Positions 29,320 through 40,213 of a stretch of DNA of 64,000 bases are shown one piece after another. This stretch comes from Bacilli bacterium (GTDB taxonomy: Bacteria; Bacillota_I; Bacilli_A; RF39; UBA660). Under the pieces are notes generated by a model. That model was given only the letters and a program-made list of their open reading frames with translations, ran no database searches and was not told the origin of the DNA. Positions within the stretch are counted from its first letter, which is position 1; each line of letters starts with the position of its first letter. The stretch lies in assembly GCA_017405445.1 (NCBI GenBank), contig JAFRAK010000039.1, positions 2,773-66,772 of the forward strand. The letters run 5' to 3'. Made by a program: the position numbers and the translations under genes.

Positions 29320-30424
29320 ATGCAAGACTTAGAATATCTTAAAACTGAGCATAATTCTATAATACTAGATAGAGATGAACTGATAAAGACTTTAAATTTA
29401 GTTTCTAGAATAGCTCATATAAATTCTGCATCTATAGAATGTAATTCACTATCTTTTATTCCAGATTGGTTACATAGAACATTAACATTATCTATTACAA
29501 ATGATTTAACATATTTTAAAAACAAAATAGAACTAATAGGAGAAGATACACATAAATTAGAAGATATATTTAGTATAAAAATAGAAACTCTTAATAAGTT
29601 AAAACCATATTTTAGAGAGAAGATACTGATATATAAGAAAGACAGTGAATTTTACATTAGACTAATGGATGGTGATTTATTATTAACTACAAAAATTCCT
29701 AATATGACAAAACTAGCTTTTACTACTTCTATAGAAAATCTAATTTTTGAAAGTAAAGTAAATACTTTTAGTAAATTACTTCAATCTTATAAAAATATGT
29801 CTGATGATTATTCTGACAAGTGGTTATCATTTGATGGAGAAAAAATATCCCTATGTGGCTTAAATTTTTATGCAGAGACAATATTTAAATCACCTATAAT
29901 GTGCTTATTGATGACAGATGTAGATTTGCTTATTAGATTAGAACAGTATTATTCTGAAGATATAATACAAATATTCTCTACTAGTAGTCAGATTCCAAAG
30001 CTTCAAATAAAAGTTGGAAATATAGAAATAGAACTTCTTAATGTTTTATCTAATATCAATAGAAATAATATTGAAAAGCTAAGTGCTTTTATATCTACTT
30101 CAACATATTCAGTTCCAGCAGAAGCTTTTAGAAGAATTATGAATATAGCACTTACTTTGAATGACATGAATAAAGATTGTTTAATAAAAGTTAAAAATGA
30201 TAATATAGTAATTATATTAAATGATTCTAAAGGAGCCTCAGAATTTAATCTGATGACTCAAAAGTTGGAACGGAGTATCAGAAAGTAATGAAATAAAGAT
30301 AAATGTTAATACTTTGAATAAAATTATTAGTTCAATCAATTCAGATTTTATTTCACTAACATTAAATAAAATATATACAACTATCAGTTCAGACAATATA
30401 AAAGCAATAATATTAAACAAATAA
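29320..30424 (+). CDS. DNA polymerase sliding clamp (beta-clamp-like); needs +1 frame change at CGG 30271-30273
   Basis: Three-domain-sized protein next to the clamp loader, primase-like and HU genes. GAA-CGG-A at 30268-30274. Skipping C30271 extends the ORF about 50 codons (GVSESNEIKINVNTL...IKAIILNK*) to TAA 30422-30424, just before the SD of the next gene. Confidence 0.5.
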
Positions 30425-30442
30425 TTCAAAGGAGGAAATTAT

Positions 30443-31453
30443 ATGTTAAGACGAGATGGAATTTACTTTATAACTAATTATTTAGTTAACTATCCAGATT
30501 TATTCACTTTATTTCAAACAGATAAAGCTGGAAATTTTATCGAAACTGATTTACATTATTTACAGGTGGACCATATAAATAGTAACCAAACTATAAGTTT
30601 TAAGGATGCTGCTGGACAAATATTTAATACAGCTGCAAGATTAGATGAATGGACAAATATAGGAGACAGATGTTTAGTACCATTTAGTTTTAAAAGATAT
30701 GGTGATAATATCTATCCAATGACAGCAGTAGGTTATTTAAAAGTAGAACCTGGTCCTTTAACTTACGTTAATAATACTAAGTTACATAGACAATACGGTA
30801 GTATAGCAGAAATTGGATTAAGAACTGTAGGACTAACAGAAAGAATGATGTTTTCTATAGTTGATAATGATGCAGAACTTCCAGATGAATTTTTCAAATA
30901 TTATCATATAGAAAGAAAAGAAAAACTAGTAGATGAAATGAACATAGAAGCATTAGATATGTATTTAGCTGAATTAGCGCTTTTAAATTATGATGCAAAA
31001 TATAATGTTCCAGATGATTTATCTCAAACAGAAGAAGCTAAAAAGTACAAAGACAAATATAAAATGAGATATCAAACTTTTGAATCTAGACAGTCTAAAG
31101 TTTATATTCTAGATGCTATCACTCATAAAGTATTGAAGAAAACTAATGCAATGATAGCAAATCATAAAGCTACTCAATTTGGAATGGATGCAGTAGAGTT
31201 TAGAAAATTAGAAAATCAAAAGATTTTAGATTTATGTGAAGCTGAAGGTTATAATAGAGATAATATTATATTTGCAAGAAAAGAAATAGGACATATAAGA
31301 GCTTTAATAGATAAAGAGAATTCTAAAGAAGTTAGAGCTAGATTCGTAGAAATAGACTTTAATACTCACGAAGATGTAAATAATAGAAGATATTTACAAG
31401 ATGGAAACATTATAGATATTAAAGACGGACACTGGTGGTTTGTTAAAGATTAG
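30443..31453 (+). CDS. hypothetical protein (replication module)
   Basis: SD AAAGGAGG. 336 aa. Confidence 0.5.
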   Translation: MLRRDGIYFITNYLVNYPDLFTLFQTDKAGNFIETDLHYLQVDHINSNQTISFKDAAGQIFNTAARLDEWTNIGDRCLVPFSFKRYGDNIYPMTAVGYLKVEPGPLTYVNNTKLHRQYGSIAEIGLRTVGLTERMMFSIVDNDAELPDEFFKYYHIERKEKLVDEMNIEALDMYLAELALLNYDAKYNVPDDLSQTEEAKKYKDKYKMRYQTFESRQSKVYILDAITHKVLKKTNAMIANHKATQFGMDAVEFRKLENQKILDLCEAEGYNRDNIIFARKEIGHIRALIDKENSKEVRARFVEIDFNTHEDVNNRRYLQDGNIIDIKDGHWWFVKD

Positions 31454-31468
31454 AGAGTAGGTGAAATA

Positions 31469-31858
31469 ATGAAAAAGAAATTAAACGGTCTTTTATCTGA
31501 AGAAAATAATCGTATAAAAGATTTGGAAGAACAAGCTCAAATGAATTATTTATGTAAATTTTTCAATGGTTCTATACAAGATGACAACTTAGTACAATCA
31601 TTAGAATCTAATTTAGATGATAAAACTAAATTTATCAATTGGTGTAATAAATATAAATTAGATAATATACCATATTCTAGAAGACTTTGCTTATATATTA
31701 TATCAACTTATGGTATGATGAAATGTGAAGGTGCTATATACGGGTGGCTAAATGTATACAAATCAGTAGCTTCTAGATTTAAAGAAAAAGTAAGAGATAT
31801 TCAAGATTATTATGTACAAAATTTTAATAATCGTAATAAAGGAGTAAATCATGACTAA
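31469..31858 (+). CDS. hypothetical protein
   Basis: 129-aa ORF, overlaps the next gene start. Confidence 0.45.
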   Translation: MKKKLNGLLSEENNRIKDLEEQAQMNYLCKFFNGSIQDDNLVQSLESNLDDKTKFINWCNKYKLDNIPYSRRLCLYIISTYGMMKCEGAIYGWLNVYKSVASRFKEKVRDIQDYYVQNFNNRNKGVNHD

Positions 31859-32546
31859 ACATGAGAACTTAGCAGCTATATTTAATTTAGGGAGAGTTAT
31901 AGAAAGTGACTCTCTTAATCCATATTTACATATAGCTTATAAACTAAAATTAAATAATTATAGAGTAATAACTAATGGAGAATTATTGATAAATGGTAAA
32001 GACTTAGATGTTCCAGCTTATATGAAAGAATTTTTGCAGTTTCATCAAAAAGCTCTAATGATAGCTAATATTATAGATGATAAAATTATGTCTATAGTTT
32101 TAAGAAGTATAGATACTAAGAAAGAATTTCAAAAAATAGGAGTTTCTAAAAATATGTTCTATGGTTTAGGCCAACTAGATGAAAACTTTAGATTTGGGAT
32201 GCCTATAATATTAGTAGAAGGACACTTAGATAGAGATACAATGTCAGAATTTTATAAAAATGTTTTAGCTGTAACAACTAACAAAATATCTAATACTCAG
32301 ACAGAGATTCTTAAATCTTTAACTAATAACTTTATATTGATGCTAGATAATGATGATGCTGGTAGAGCTGGTACTAGAGATGCTTATTATAAATTGAAGG
32401 GTTGTAAAATAACAGAAATAAAACATTTAGCCAATATGAAAGATGCTGGTGATTTAAATAAACTAGAAATAAGCAATAAAGATGAGTATGATTGGGTGGT
32501 AATGCAATATAAAAATCAAATAGAACAGGAGGTATTTTACTCATGA
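31851..32546 (+). CDS. Toprim-domain protein (DnaG-primase-like)
   Basis: ILVEGHLD (Toprim Glu) and MLDNDDAGRAG (DxD) motifs. Confidence 0.6.
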   Translation: MTKHENLAAIFNLGRVIESDSLNPYLHIAYKLKLNNYRVITNGELLINGKDLDVPAYMKEFLQFHQKALMIANIIDDKIMSIVLRSIDTKKEFQKIGVSKNMFYGLGQLDENFRFGMPIILVEGHLDRDTMSEFYKNVLAVTTNKISNTQTEILKSLTNNFILMLDNDDAGRAGTRDAYYKLKGCKITEIKHLANMKDAGDLNKLEISNKDEYDWVVMQYKNQIEQEVFYS

Positions 32547-32728
32547 CATTTGCAGTACACGTTAAAGATACTAATTTATATGTAGCTGATGACAGATTTG
32601 AAAATATGAAATATACTAGTAATCTAGATAACGCAAAAATATTTAAATATTTTGAAGATGCTAAAAATTATATAGAAAACAATAGAACAAAGCATGAATT
32701 TAGCATAATAAGAATTATAGATATATAA
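32543..32728 (+). CDS. hypothetical protein
   Basis: SD AGGAGG. 61 aa. Confidence 0.45.
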   Translation: MTFAVHVKDTNLYVADDRFENMKYTSNLDNAKIFKYFEDAKNYIENNRTKHEFSIIRIIDI

Positions 32729-32740
32729 AGGAGTAAATCT

Positions 32741-32920
32741 ATGTATGAAATAGGAGATAGTGTATTATTCTTTTTAAATCATAAACCTATTACTGGAGTG
32801 ATTAAAGAAAAACATTTACTAGACAATAACGAAATTATTTACATAATAGAAGCTTTGACAGCAAAATATGAAGTACATTATTTTGAATTAAACAATAATG
32901 AAATAGCAAGAAAATTGTAG
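32741..32920 (+). CDS. hypothetical small protein (below the track length cutoff)
   Basis: AAGGAG then ATG 32741. MYEIGDSVLFFLNHKPITGVIKEKHLL...IARKL*, 59 aa. Fills an otherwise empty gap. Confidence 0.4.
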   Translation: MYEIGDSVLFFLNHKPITGVIKEKHLLDNNEIIYIIEALTAKYEVHYFELNNNEIARKL

Positions 32921-32932
32921 GAGGTGTAGTAT

Positions 32933-33970
32933 ATGATAACTCAAGAATGTAGACCTAAACTTTTTAGAGAAGTCAGCGGACAGAATTTACCTAAAACTGT
33001 TTTAAAAGCAATATGTAAATCACCAGCTACATCACCTAGAACTATTATACTAGAAGGAGAGTATGGTACTGGTAAAACTACCTGTGCTAGAATATTTGCA
33101 AAAGCTCTTAATTGTAAATACAAACTAAAAGACGGAGATGCTTGTGGTAAATGTGAAGACTGTCAAAGTGATATATCTAACTCTATTTATTATGAAGAAT
33201 ATGACTCATCTATCATAGGTAATATAACTGACATTAAAGAGCTAAAAGAGACTTTTTATTTTAATGAGTCATTAGGTTATAAAGTAATAGTTTTAGATGA
33301 AGCTCATTTAATAACACCTCAAGCTCAATCTGCTCTTTTAAAACTTTTTGAAGAAAGTCCTGCTGGAATATTTTTCGTTTTATGCACTACAAATAGTTCA
33401 AAAATATTAAATACTATACGTTCTAGAGCACTAACTTTAAAATTTGATTTATTAAGTCAAAAAGAGATAGAAGACAACTTAGAAAATATTGCTAAAAACT
33501 ATTTACAAATTGATATTGATAATGATATAATTAAACTAGTAGCAGAACGAAGTAAAGGACATTTAAGAAACGCTCACATGTTATTAGAACAGTACCAAAT
33601 GTTAGGCAGAGAAGAATTTATAAGCTTATATAGAAGTTGTACAGAGCTATATGGCATGTTCATTAGAGCTATAATATGTAAGAGGTCAGATATTCTTTCT
33701 GAAATTATAGAAAAACTATTACACTATAGATTATCGGAACTAAAATCTGAGTATGAATTATTTGTATTAAATATAATTAAATTATTTTATAATGAAAATG
33801 CTTCAGATGATAAACAGATGATTTTCATTGTATCTTATTTCAAACATAAAAAGAATAACTTTATAGATATTTTAAATGATTATAGAAATTATGATATGTT
33901 TAATTCTGACATCAGATTTACTTCGTTTATGTGGTTACTTGCGGATAGATTAAAACAACTAACTAAATAG
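32933..33970 (+). CDS. clamp loader AAA+ ATPase (DNA pol III gamma/tau-like)
   Basis: GEYGTGKTTCARIFAKALNC, VLDEAHL, SRALTLKF (sensor 1) and GHLRNA. Confidence 0.8.
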   Translation: MITQECRPKLFREVSGQNLPKTVLKAICKSPATSPRTIILEGEYGTGKTTCARIFAKALNCKYKLKDGDACGKCEDCQSDISNSIYYEEYDSSIIGNITDIKELKETFYFNESLGYKVIVLDEAHLITPQAQSALLKLFEESPAGIFFVLCTTNSSKILNTIRSRALTLKFDLLSQKEIEDNLENIAKNYLQIDIDNDIIKLVAERSKGHLRNAHMLLEQYQMLGREEFISLYRSCTELYGMFIRAIICKRSDILSEIIEKLLHYRLSELKSEYELFVLNIIKLFYNENASDDKQMIFIVSYFKHKKNNFIDILNDYRNYDMFNSDIRFTSFMWLLADRLKQLTK

Positions 33971-33982
33971 GAGGAAAATAGT

Positions 33983-34555
33983 ATGGTTTATTCATCTGTA
34001 GAAGGGATGATTGACAATATAGTAGAAGTAGTACAAAGAATGTTCTTCTTTTATGTATATGATAAAGATACTATTGATGATTTAAAACAAGAAGGTTATC
34101 TGATGGCTTATGAGTTACTAGCAAAAGGAGAATATGACCCTAGCAAAAATCTTAGAAACTACTTGTTTACTGGAGTTAGAAATGCAATGACTAACTATAT
34201 GTATAAGAAAAACAAAACAAAAAATGATATTTCTAACGATACTTTAGAAGATGCTGCTTGGCAAGACTATATGAATGTGGTTGGTAACGATTACTATGTA
34301 GGAAAAGTATATACTCATTTAGAGTATCAAGAAGATTATAGATTTACTCAAGAAGATTTAAAAAGAGTTACTGATAAATTTGAAAACTTTGGAAAAGATT
34401 TACTACAAAAGTCAGAGGCTAGACTGGCTAAAAGATTAGCAATAAATACTAGAGTTAATGTCAAACAATATACAGAAGATGACGGAGATATTCCTCTAGT
34501 ATATAATGCGATAATGGGGGAAGTAATATGGGAAAAAGTAATGAGTTTGATTTAG
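33983..34555 (+). CDS. sigma-factor-like protein (region 2-like)
   Basis: DDLKQEGYLMAYELLAKGEYDPSKNLRNYLFTGVRNAMTNYMYKK resembles sigma70 region 2. Weak call. Confidence 0.35.
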   Translation: MVYSSVEGMIDNIVEVVQRMFFFYVYDKDTIDDLKQEGYLMAYELLAKGEYDPSKNLRNYLFTGVRNAMTNYMYKKNKTKNDISNDTLEDAAWQDYMNVVGNDYYVGKVYTHLEYQEDYRFTQEDLKRVTDKFENFGKDLLQKSEARLAKRLAINTRVNVKQYTEDDGDIPLVYNAIMGEVIWEKVMSLI

Positions 34556-35028
34556 AAAATATGCTGGTTCCTTCTGACAAGAAAGAGTATGAGCCAGGAT
34601 GTTTAGTAACATTCAGAAAGATGGATGAAGAACAATATAATATTTTTATAAAACAATTGTCTGATAATATTAGTTATAAATTAGATATCTTAAGAAATAT
34701 CTTAAATGATGACTTATTATTTCTTAAGATTCTTGACGTATTTGCAGGCGAATCTATTAGTTTTCCTAATAGAAAACAGTCTTTTCAATATTTAGATAGA
34801 ACGTTTATGTATACTTATGCTAAAAAGAGAGGATTTACAGAAGACGCTTTTAATAGCGTATCTAAACAGTTTGGAGAAAAACTTGCAGTAGTCAAAAATA
34901 AGACTATGAGAATATCTCAATTATTAGATAAAGAAGAATATGCATCTTTAATTAAAGCTCAAGATAAATTAAGAGCTCAAAGGAAAGCTAAAAGAGAAGA
35001 GAATAAAAGAAAAAGAGAAGAAACTTAG
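34528..35028 (+). CDS. hypothetical protein with basic C-terminus
   Basis: 166-aa ORF overlapping the upstream gene end. Confidence 0.45.
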   Translation: MGKSNEFDLENMLVPSDKKEYEPGCLVTFRKMDEEQYNIFIKQLSDNISYKLDILRNILNDDLLFLKILDVFAGESISFPNRKQSFQYLDRTFMYTYAKKRGFTEDAFNSVSKQFGEKLAVVKNKTMRISQLLDKEEYASLIKAQDKLRAQRKAKREENKRKREET

Positions 35029-35075
35029 ATGATAATTAGATAAATACATATATTATAATATAGGAGGTAATTTAT

Positions 35076-35570
35076 ATGATAGTAGCACTCGAGGGTCCTG
35101 ATGGGGCTGGCAAATCAACTTTGGTTAGACACTTACAAGAAAATTATGGGTTAAAAATGATACATTCTAGTTCTGAAACTAAAAACGATTTAGAGTATCA
35201 TTTAGATTTATTAAGAGAGGATGATGTAGTTTTAGACAGAGCAAACTTAGGTGAAATAGTTTACCCAGCTATATATAATAGAGCATCTAAAATGAATTGG
35301 GATGAACAAATAGATTTTATGAATGAATGTCAAAATAAAGATGTTATTTATATAATATTCTATTCATCTGACTTTAATGTTTTAAAAGAAAGACTATTTA
35401 AAAGAGGAGATACTCAACAAGTATTAGAAAATGCAGAAAAAATAAATCTGGCATTTAGAATATTAGCAGAACAATTTTCAACATTTTATGATAATGTGTA
35501 TGCACTAGATATATCTAAAGTATCTGACCAAGTAAAATTCTTTGAAGATATAGTAAAGGAGAACAAGTAG
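35076..35570 (+). CDS. deoxynucleoside monophosphate kinase (thymidylate-kinase-like)
   Basis: MIVALEGPDGAGKSTLV P-loop, DR motif. 164 aa. Confidence 0.7.
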   Translation: MIVALEGPDGAGKSTLVRHLQENYGLKMIHSSSETKNDLEYHLDLLREDDVVLDRANLGEIVYPAIYNRASKMNWDEQIDFMNECQNKDVIYIIFYSSDFNVLKERLFKRGDTQQVLENAEKINLAFRILAEQFSTFYDNVYALDISKVSDQVKFFEDIVKENK

Positions 35571-35845
35571 TGGAAGATTTAAAAGAAGATGAATTTTATC
35601 AGTATATTGTGATATCTCAAGAACAAGACGGCTTTATGGATAGTTTAAATAAAGCTTCTTTAGATGGATGGGAGTTAATACATTCTAATTCATTTCCAGT
35701 AAACAAACCAGATTATCTAAAGAATTCTATCAACATAGTAATTATATATACAGCAATTTTAAGAAGAAAAGCTAAATTAGAAAAGAGAGGAGAAGATGAA
35801 AATGTTAGACTTGAATCCGGAGACAAGAAGCAAAGAATGGACTAG
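35570..35845 (+). CDS. hypothetical protein
   Basis: GTG start overlapping the stop of the kinase gene. 91 aa. Confidence 0.4.
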   Translation: MEDLKEDEFYQYIVISQEQDGFMDSLNKASLDGWELIHSNSFPVNKPDYLKNSINIVIIYTAILRRKAKLEKRGEDENVRLESGDKKQRMD

Positions 35846-37118
35846 AGAAGTAGTAGAAGCTGCAAATGCTAAATATGTAGATGCTAGTACTATAGCTCCA
35901 GTAGTTATTATTTCATATAAGAGAGGAGGAAATGCTTCATCTATTAAATTATTAAATAATACTAACGTTAAAACTTATCTTTTTGTTTATGATGATGATT
36001 ATGAGAATTATAAAAATGCAGTAGAAAATTCTAAAAATATAGAAGTAGTTTTATGCCCATCAGCACAGTTTAGAGGAGCAGCTAAGAAAAGAGATTTTGT
36101 TCAAGAAACTATGTATAATAAAGGATTTGAAGATTATTTTATTTTAGATGATGATATATCAGCTTTGTACTATACAGAAATAGGAACTACTAAAGCTGGT
36201 TCTTATAAAGCTCAAAAAGTTCAATTAGACCCTGAAAGATTCTTTAAAACTTGGTATTATGTAATTCATGATTTAGTAGATTATGAAGTTACTTTAGGAG
36301 GAATTATTGCAGAATTTGCAAGCTGGGGACAAAACTTATACAAATTACCAGTTACAGATAAAACTGGTAGAATATGTCAAATAATGTATATAAATGCTAA
36401 AAAGTTTGCAGAAAATAATATAAAATATATTGAAGAAAAATCTTGGGATGACTTTGATGTAATGTTACAAGTAGCTCATCTAGGTTTAGGATTATCTCAA
36501 ATAAGATGGTTAACTTATGCTGGTGATACTATGAATCCTAACAATTCAGTAGCTTCTGGTGGAGACTTTACTTGGACTAAAAAATCTATGAGATTGTACC
36601 AAAAGTGGGGAGATAATGTAGGTTTTAAAGCAGATAAGGGTCAATTAAATACTACTATAAATTGGTCTAAGATAAAGAAAGACTTACAAGTTTTAGGTCA
36701 CTTAAATATAACTTATAAAGAAGAATGGAAAAAATATTTTGCATTAGATAAAGAATATGAGAATGCTACTAATGATAATCCATACAATTTAGACTATATA
36801 GGATTTACAGAATTATGGAGACCTGAAATAGAAAAATGGTTAGAAAAACATCCACAGAAAGTAAAGAAAGAGAAAAAAGAAATATCTAAAGAAATTAAAG
36901 AGAAAGCTCATGAACTAGTAGAAGAAGCTAAAGAAAGAGGCTTAATTAAAACTTTAGATGAAGTAACAGAAGATGATACTGCATCATTAACTGTACCAGA
37001 TAATTTTGAAAGAGATAATACTATAGATATAGTTGCAAAATATGAAGATGATATAACTCCATTAGATAGAGAAGTTTTAGGAGACTTTATTGATAAAGGT
37101 GATATAAATGAATTATAA
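35796..37118 (+). CDS. DxD-motif protein, putative nucleotide-sugar glycosyltransferase (paralog of 38945-39865)
   Basis: PVVIISYKRGG...AAKKRDF...YFILDDDISALYY. Same N-terminal architecture as 38945-39865 ([10 protein letters not shown]...TRKRNM...[12 protein letters not shown]). Confidence 0.4.
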   Translation: MKMLDLNPETRSKEWTREVVEAANAKYVDASTIAPVVIISYKRGGNASSIKLLNNTNVKTYLFVYDDDYENYKNAVENSKNIEVVLCPSAQFRGAAKKRDFVQETMYNKGFEDYFILDDDISALYYTEIGTTKAGSYKAQKVQLDPERFFKTWYYVIHDLVDYEVTLGGIIAEFASWGQNLYKLPVTDKTGRICQIMYINAKKFAENNIKYIEEKSWDDFDVMLQVAHLGLGLSQIRWLTYAGDTMNPNNSVASGGDFTWTKKSMRLYQKWGDNVGFKADKGQLNTTINWSKIKKDLQVLGHLNITYKEEWKKYFALDKEYENATNDNPYNLDYIGFTELWRPEIEKWLEKHPQKVKKEKKEISKEIKEKAHELVEEAKERGLIKTLDEVTEDDTASLTVPDNFERDNTIDIVAKYEDDITPLDREVLGDFIDKGDINEL

Positions 37119-38229
37119 ATATGATTTTGTAATAGTTGGAGCTGGCTTAGCTGGCTCTACGCTAGCTTATTTACTACATAATAAAGGGTATAAAGTAAAA
37201 GTAATAGATAAAAGAGAACATATTGCAGGAAACTGTTATACAGAAAATAAAGACAACATAAATATTCATGTATACGGTCCTCATATATTTCATACTAATA
37301 ATAAAGAAGTCTGGGATTTTGTTAATAAATTTGCAGATTTTAATAACTTTATAAATGAGCCTGTAGCTTTAGCTGCAGATAATAGAGTTTACAATATGCC
37401 TTTTAATATGAATACTTTTTCTAGAATTTTCAATATAGTACATCCCGATGAAGCTAAGTTTAGAATAGATAAAGAAATAGAAGAGTATAGAAAAGAGCAT
37501 TCTACTATAGAAAATTTAGAAGACCAAGCTATAAATATGGTAGGAACTACAATATATGAACTTTTAATTAAAGGTTATACAGAAAAACAGTGGGGAAAAT
37601 CATGTACAGAATTGTCACCAGAAATAATTAAGAGGCTACCGTTAAGATTTACTTATAATAACAATTATTTTAATGACAAATACCAAGGTATACCAGAAGA
37701 TGGCTATACTAATATGATAAGAAGAATGCTTCAAAACATAGAAGTAGTTTTAAACTATGATTATAAAGAACATGAAGATGAAATATTGGATGAAGCTAAA
37801 TATATTATATACACTGGAAGAATCGATGAATTTTTTGACTACATACATGGTAAGTTAGAGTATAGAAGTTTAAATTTTGTTACTGAAAGCTTAGACATCG
37901 ATAATTTTCAAGGTAATGCAGTTGTAAATTATACAACTAAAAAAGTACCTTATACAAGAGTAGTAGAACATAAACATTTTAATAATGATAAATCTAATGT
38001 AACATATATCACTTACGAGTTTCCTAGTACATCAGGTGACCCATTCTATCCACTTTCTGATAAAGCTAATATAGATTTATATAATAAGTATAAAGAGGCT
38101 TCTGATGAATATGATAAAGTGATATTTGCAGGAAGATTAGGTAAATATAAGTATTTCGATATGGATGATGTAATTGAAGACTGTTTTAAAATATTCAACG
38201 ACATATTAAATAAAAAGGAGGAATTATAA
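37108..38229 (+). CDS. glf: UDP-galactopyranose mutase
   Basis: FAD fold YDFVIVGAGLAGST, IDKREHIAGNCYTE and VYGPHIFHTNNKEVWDFV are typical Glf signatures. Confidence 0.8.
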   Translation: MNYKYDFVIVGAGLAGSTLAYLLHNKGYKVKVIDKREHIAGNCYTENKDNINIHVYGPHIFHTNNKEVWDFVNKFADFNNFINEPVALAADNRVYNMPFNMNTFSRIFNIVHPDEAKFRIDKEIEEYRKEHSTIENLEDQAINMVGTTIYELLIKGYTEKQWGKSCTELSPEIIKRLPLRFTYNNNYFNDKYQGIPEDGYTNMIRRMLQNIEVVLNYDYKEHEDEILDEAKYIIYTGRIDEFFDYIHGKLEYRSLNFVTESLDIDNFQGNAVVNYTTKKVPYTRVVEHKHFNNDKSNVTYITYEFPSTSGDPFYPLSDKANIDLYNKYKEASDEYDKVIFAGRLGKYKYFDMDDVIEDCFKIFNDILNKKEEL

Positions 38230-38906
38230 TGATTAAAATTCTAGGTGTTAACTATTTTGATTGTGATGATATAAAGAACACTTTAATAGAAAAATATAAA
38301 ACAGAACAATTTGATGCAACAGGTAATGTATCTATATTAGCAGCATCTTTTGTTGCTAATAAACCATTTATTATTAGAGAACCTAATTACGAATATGTAG
38401 AAAGAGAAATACAATGGTATTTATCTGAAAGTTTAAATGTACACGACATTCCAGGTAAAACTCCTAAAATATGGGAAGACGTTTCTGACAAAGATGGTTT
38501 TATAAATTCAAACTATGGTTGGACTACATTCTCTGAAGAAAATTATAATCAATTTGATAAAGTAGTTAAAGAATTATCAGAACACAAATCTAGTAGACAA
38601 GGTGTAATAATATTTATAAGACCAACAATGCATGAAGATAGTAAAAGAAATGGAATGCATGATTTTATTTGTACGTATTGTTATAACTTTAAAATAGAAG
38701 ATAATAAACTATATATGATAGTAAACATGAGAAGTAATGATTGTGTATATGGCTATGATAATGATTATGCGTTTGCTAATTATGTATTTGACAAAATGTT
38801 AGAAGAGCTAAGAAAAACTCATATCGATTTAGAAAAAGGTGTAATGTTTTGGAGAGCTGATAATTTTCACGTATACCCTCGTCATTTTAAATTTTTAGAG
38901 AACTAA
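38229..38906 (+). CDS. thymidylate-synthase-family pyrimidine (dUMP/dCMP) hydroxymethylase or methylase
   Basis: SNYGW, catalytic-Cys region DFICTYCYNF, and MRSNDCVYGYDNDYAF (ThyA RSxD..G.P.N-like). 225 aa, like T4 gp42 or SPO1 gp29-type enzymes. Confidence 0.7.
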   Translation: MIKILGVNYFDCDDIKNTLIEKYKTEQFDATGNVSILAASFVANKPFIIREPNYEYVEREIQWYLSESLNVHDIPGKTPKIWEDVSDKDGFINSNYGWTTFSEENYNQFDKVVKELSEHKSSRQGVIIFIRPTMHEDSKRNGMHDFICTYCYNFKIEDNKLYMIVNMRSNDCVYGYDNDYAFANYVFDKMLEELRKTHIDLEKGVMFWRADNFHVYPRHFKFLEN

Positions 38907-38944
38907 CATAATAAATTATATATTATATGGAAGGAGAATACTAA

Positions 38945-39865
38945 ATGAGGAATTTTCATGTACCAAGTTTAGGTAGAGCTGGAATATCTACAACACTAAA
39001 TTATCTAAAAGAACAGGGCTTATCACTAAATACTCATATATGGGTATATGCAGAACAAGAAAAAGAATATAGAGATAATTATCCAGAAATGAACATTCAT
39101 GTATTAAATTTCCCAGATGGAAGAAATCTTACTAGAAAAAGAAATATGATTATAGATTTTATAACAGAATCTGGAGAATCTGGCATGATGTTAGATGATG
39201 ATATAAATCAATTCATTATAGGAAAAACTAAATACTCAGACTTTAAAGTAGTTAAAACTTTAGATTTTGCATTAGTATATGACTTATTAGAAAGAGCTTC
39301 AATTTTATGTGAGGATGTAGTAAGTTTTAGTACTAAAAGAAATTTTATAACAACATACACTCATACAGAGAGAAGTTTATTTACTAAATTTTCTGTAGCT
39401 TCAGGACTAATATTCTTTACTGGTAGAAATATGAAAAGCAGAGCTGATGAAGCTACTAAAGCAGATGATATATGTTTAGCTACAGAATGCTGGCTTAACA
39501 AGGAACTAGACTTAAAATTTAACTTAATATATGCTAAATTTTCTTTCGGAACTAATGCTGGTGGTTTGCAGTCTGGTTCTACTGATTTTAATGCATCAAC
39601 AAAGAAAAGATTAGAAGATGAACACAAATTTATGGTAGAAAAGTATAATAATGAATGTACTTATACTGTAAATGAAAAAACTGGTTACTTTGGTTCTAAT
39701 GGAACTAAAGTTAGAAAATGGTTATTAGACACTGGAAAATATACTGAAGAAGAAATGAGAGATTTAGATGCTAAAATTAAATCTTATTCTGAAAAAGTAT
39801 ATAATGATGAAATATTCAATGATATTTTATCTAAGGTGCATAATAATAAATGGAATATAATTTAA
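38945..39865 (+). CDS. DxD-motif protein, putative glycosyltransferase (paralog of 35796-37118)
   Basis: See 35796-37118. [12 protein letters not shown]. Confidence 0.4.
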   Translation: MRNFHVPSLGRAGISTTLNYLKEQGLSLNTHIWVYAEQEKEYRDNYPEMNIHVLNFPDGRNLTRKRNMIIDFITESGESGMMLDDDINQFIIGKTKYSDFKVVKTLDFALVYDLLERASILCEDVVSFSTKRNFITTYTHTERSLFTKFSVASGLIFFTGRNMKSRADEATKADDICLATECWLNKELDLKFNLIYAKFSFGTNAGGLQSGSTDFNASTKKRLEDEHKFMVEKYNNECTYTVNEKTGYFGSNGTKVRKWLLDTGKYTEEEMRDLDAKIKSYSEKVYNDEIFNDILSKVHNNKWNII

Positions 39866-39881
39866 GAAAGGAGAAACAACT

Positions 39882-40136
39882 ATGCAAATTACTGATGTAA
39901 AACTAAGAAAAATCGAAAATGGAGGAAGAAAGAAAGCAGTTGCTTCTATTACAATAGATAATGAATTTGTAGTTCATGATATTAACGTAATTGAAGGACA
40001 AAACGGTTTATTCATCTCAATGCCTTCAAAAAGACTTCAAAATGGAGAGTTTAAAGACATATCTCATCCAATAACAGCAGAATCAAGAACTAAAATTCAA
40101 AATGCAGTACTTAAAGAATACGATTTAGCTGAATAA
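39882..40136 (+). CDS. spoVG: SpoVG-family protein
   Basis: [64 protein letters not shown]... shows near-full-length SpoVG similarity. Confidence 0.85.
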   Translation: MQITDVKLRKIENGGRKKAVASITIDNEFVVHDINVIEGQNGLFISMPSKRLQNGEFKDISHPITAESRTKIQNAVLKEYDLAE

Positions 40137-40142
40137 TTACAT

Positions 40143-40168
40143 AGAGCAGAGAGATCTGCTCTTTATTT
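40143..40168 (+). terminator. rho-independent terminator
   Basis: AGAGCAGA-GAGA-TCTGCTCT followed by TTATTT. Confidence 0.6.
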
Positions 40169-40213
40169 GTGCTAACATAATATAATTATAATAATTTTAA
40201 GGAGGTGAAATAT

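Noticed and set aside
30249-30281. Inverted repeat TCTGAT...ATCAGA bracketing the CGG at 30271, as a possible frameshift-stimulating hairpin
   Set aside because: No comparable structure is found at the other eight CGG sites. The TCAGA/TCTGA words are common in this genome.
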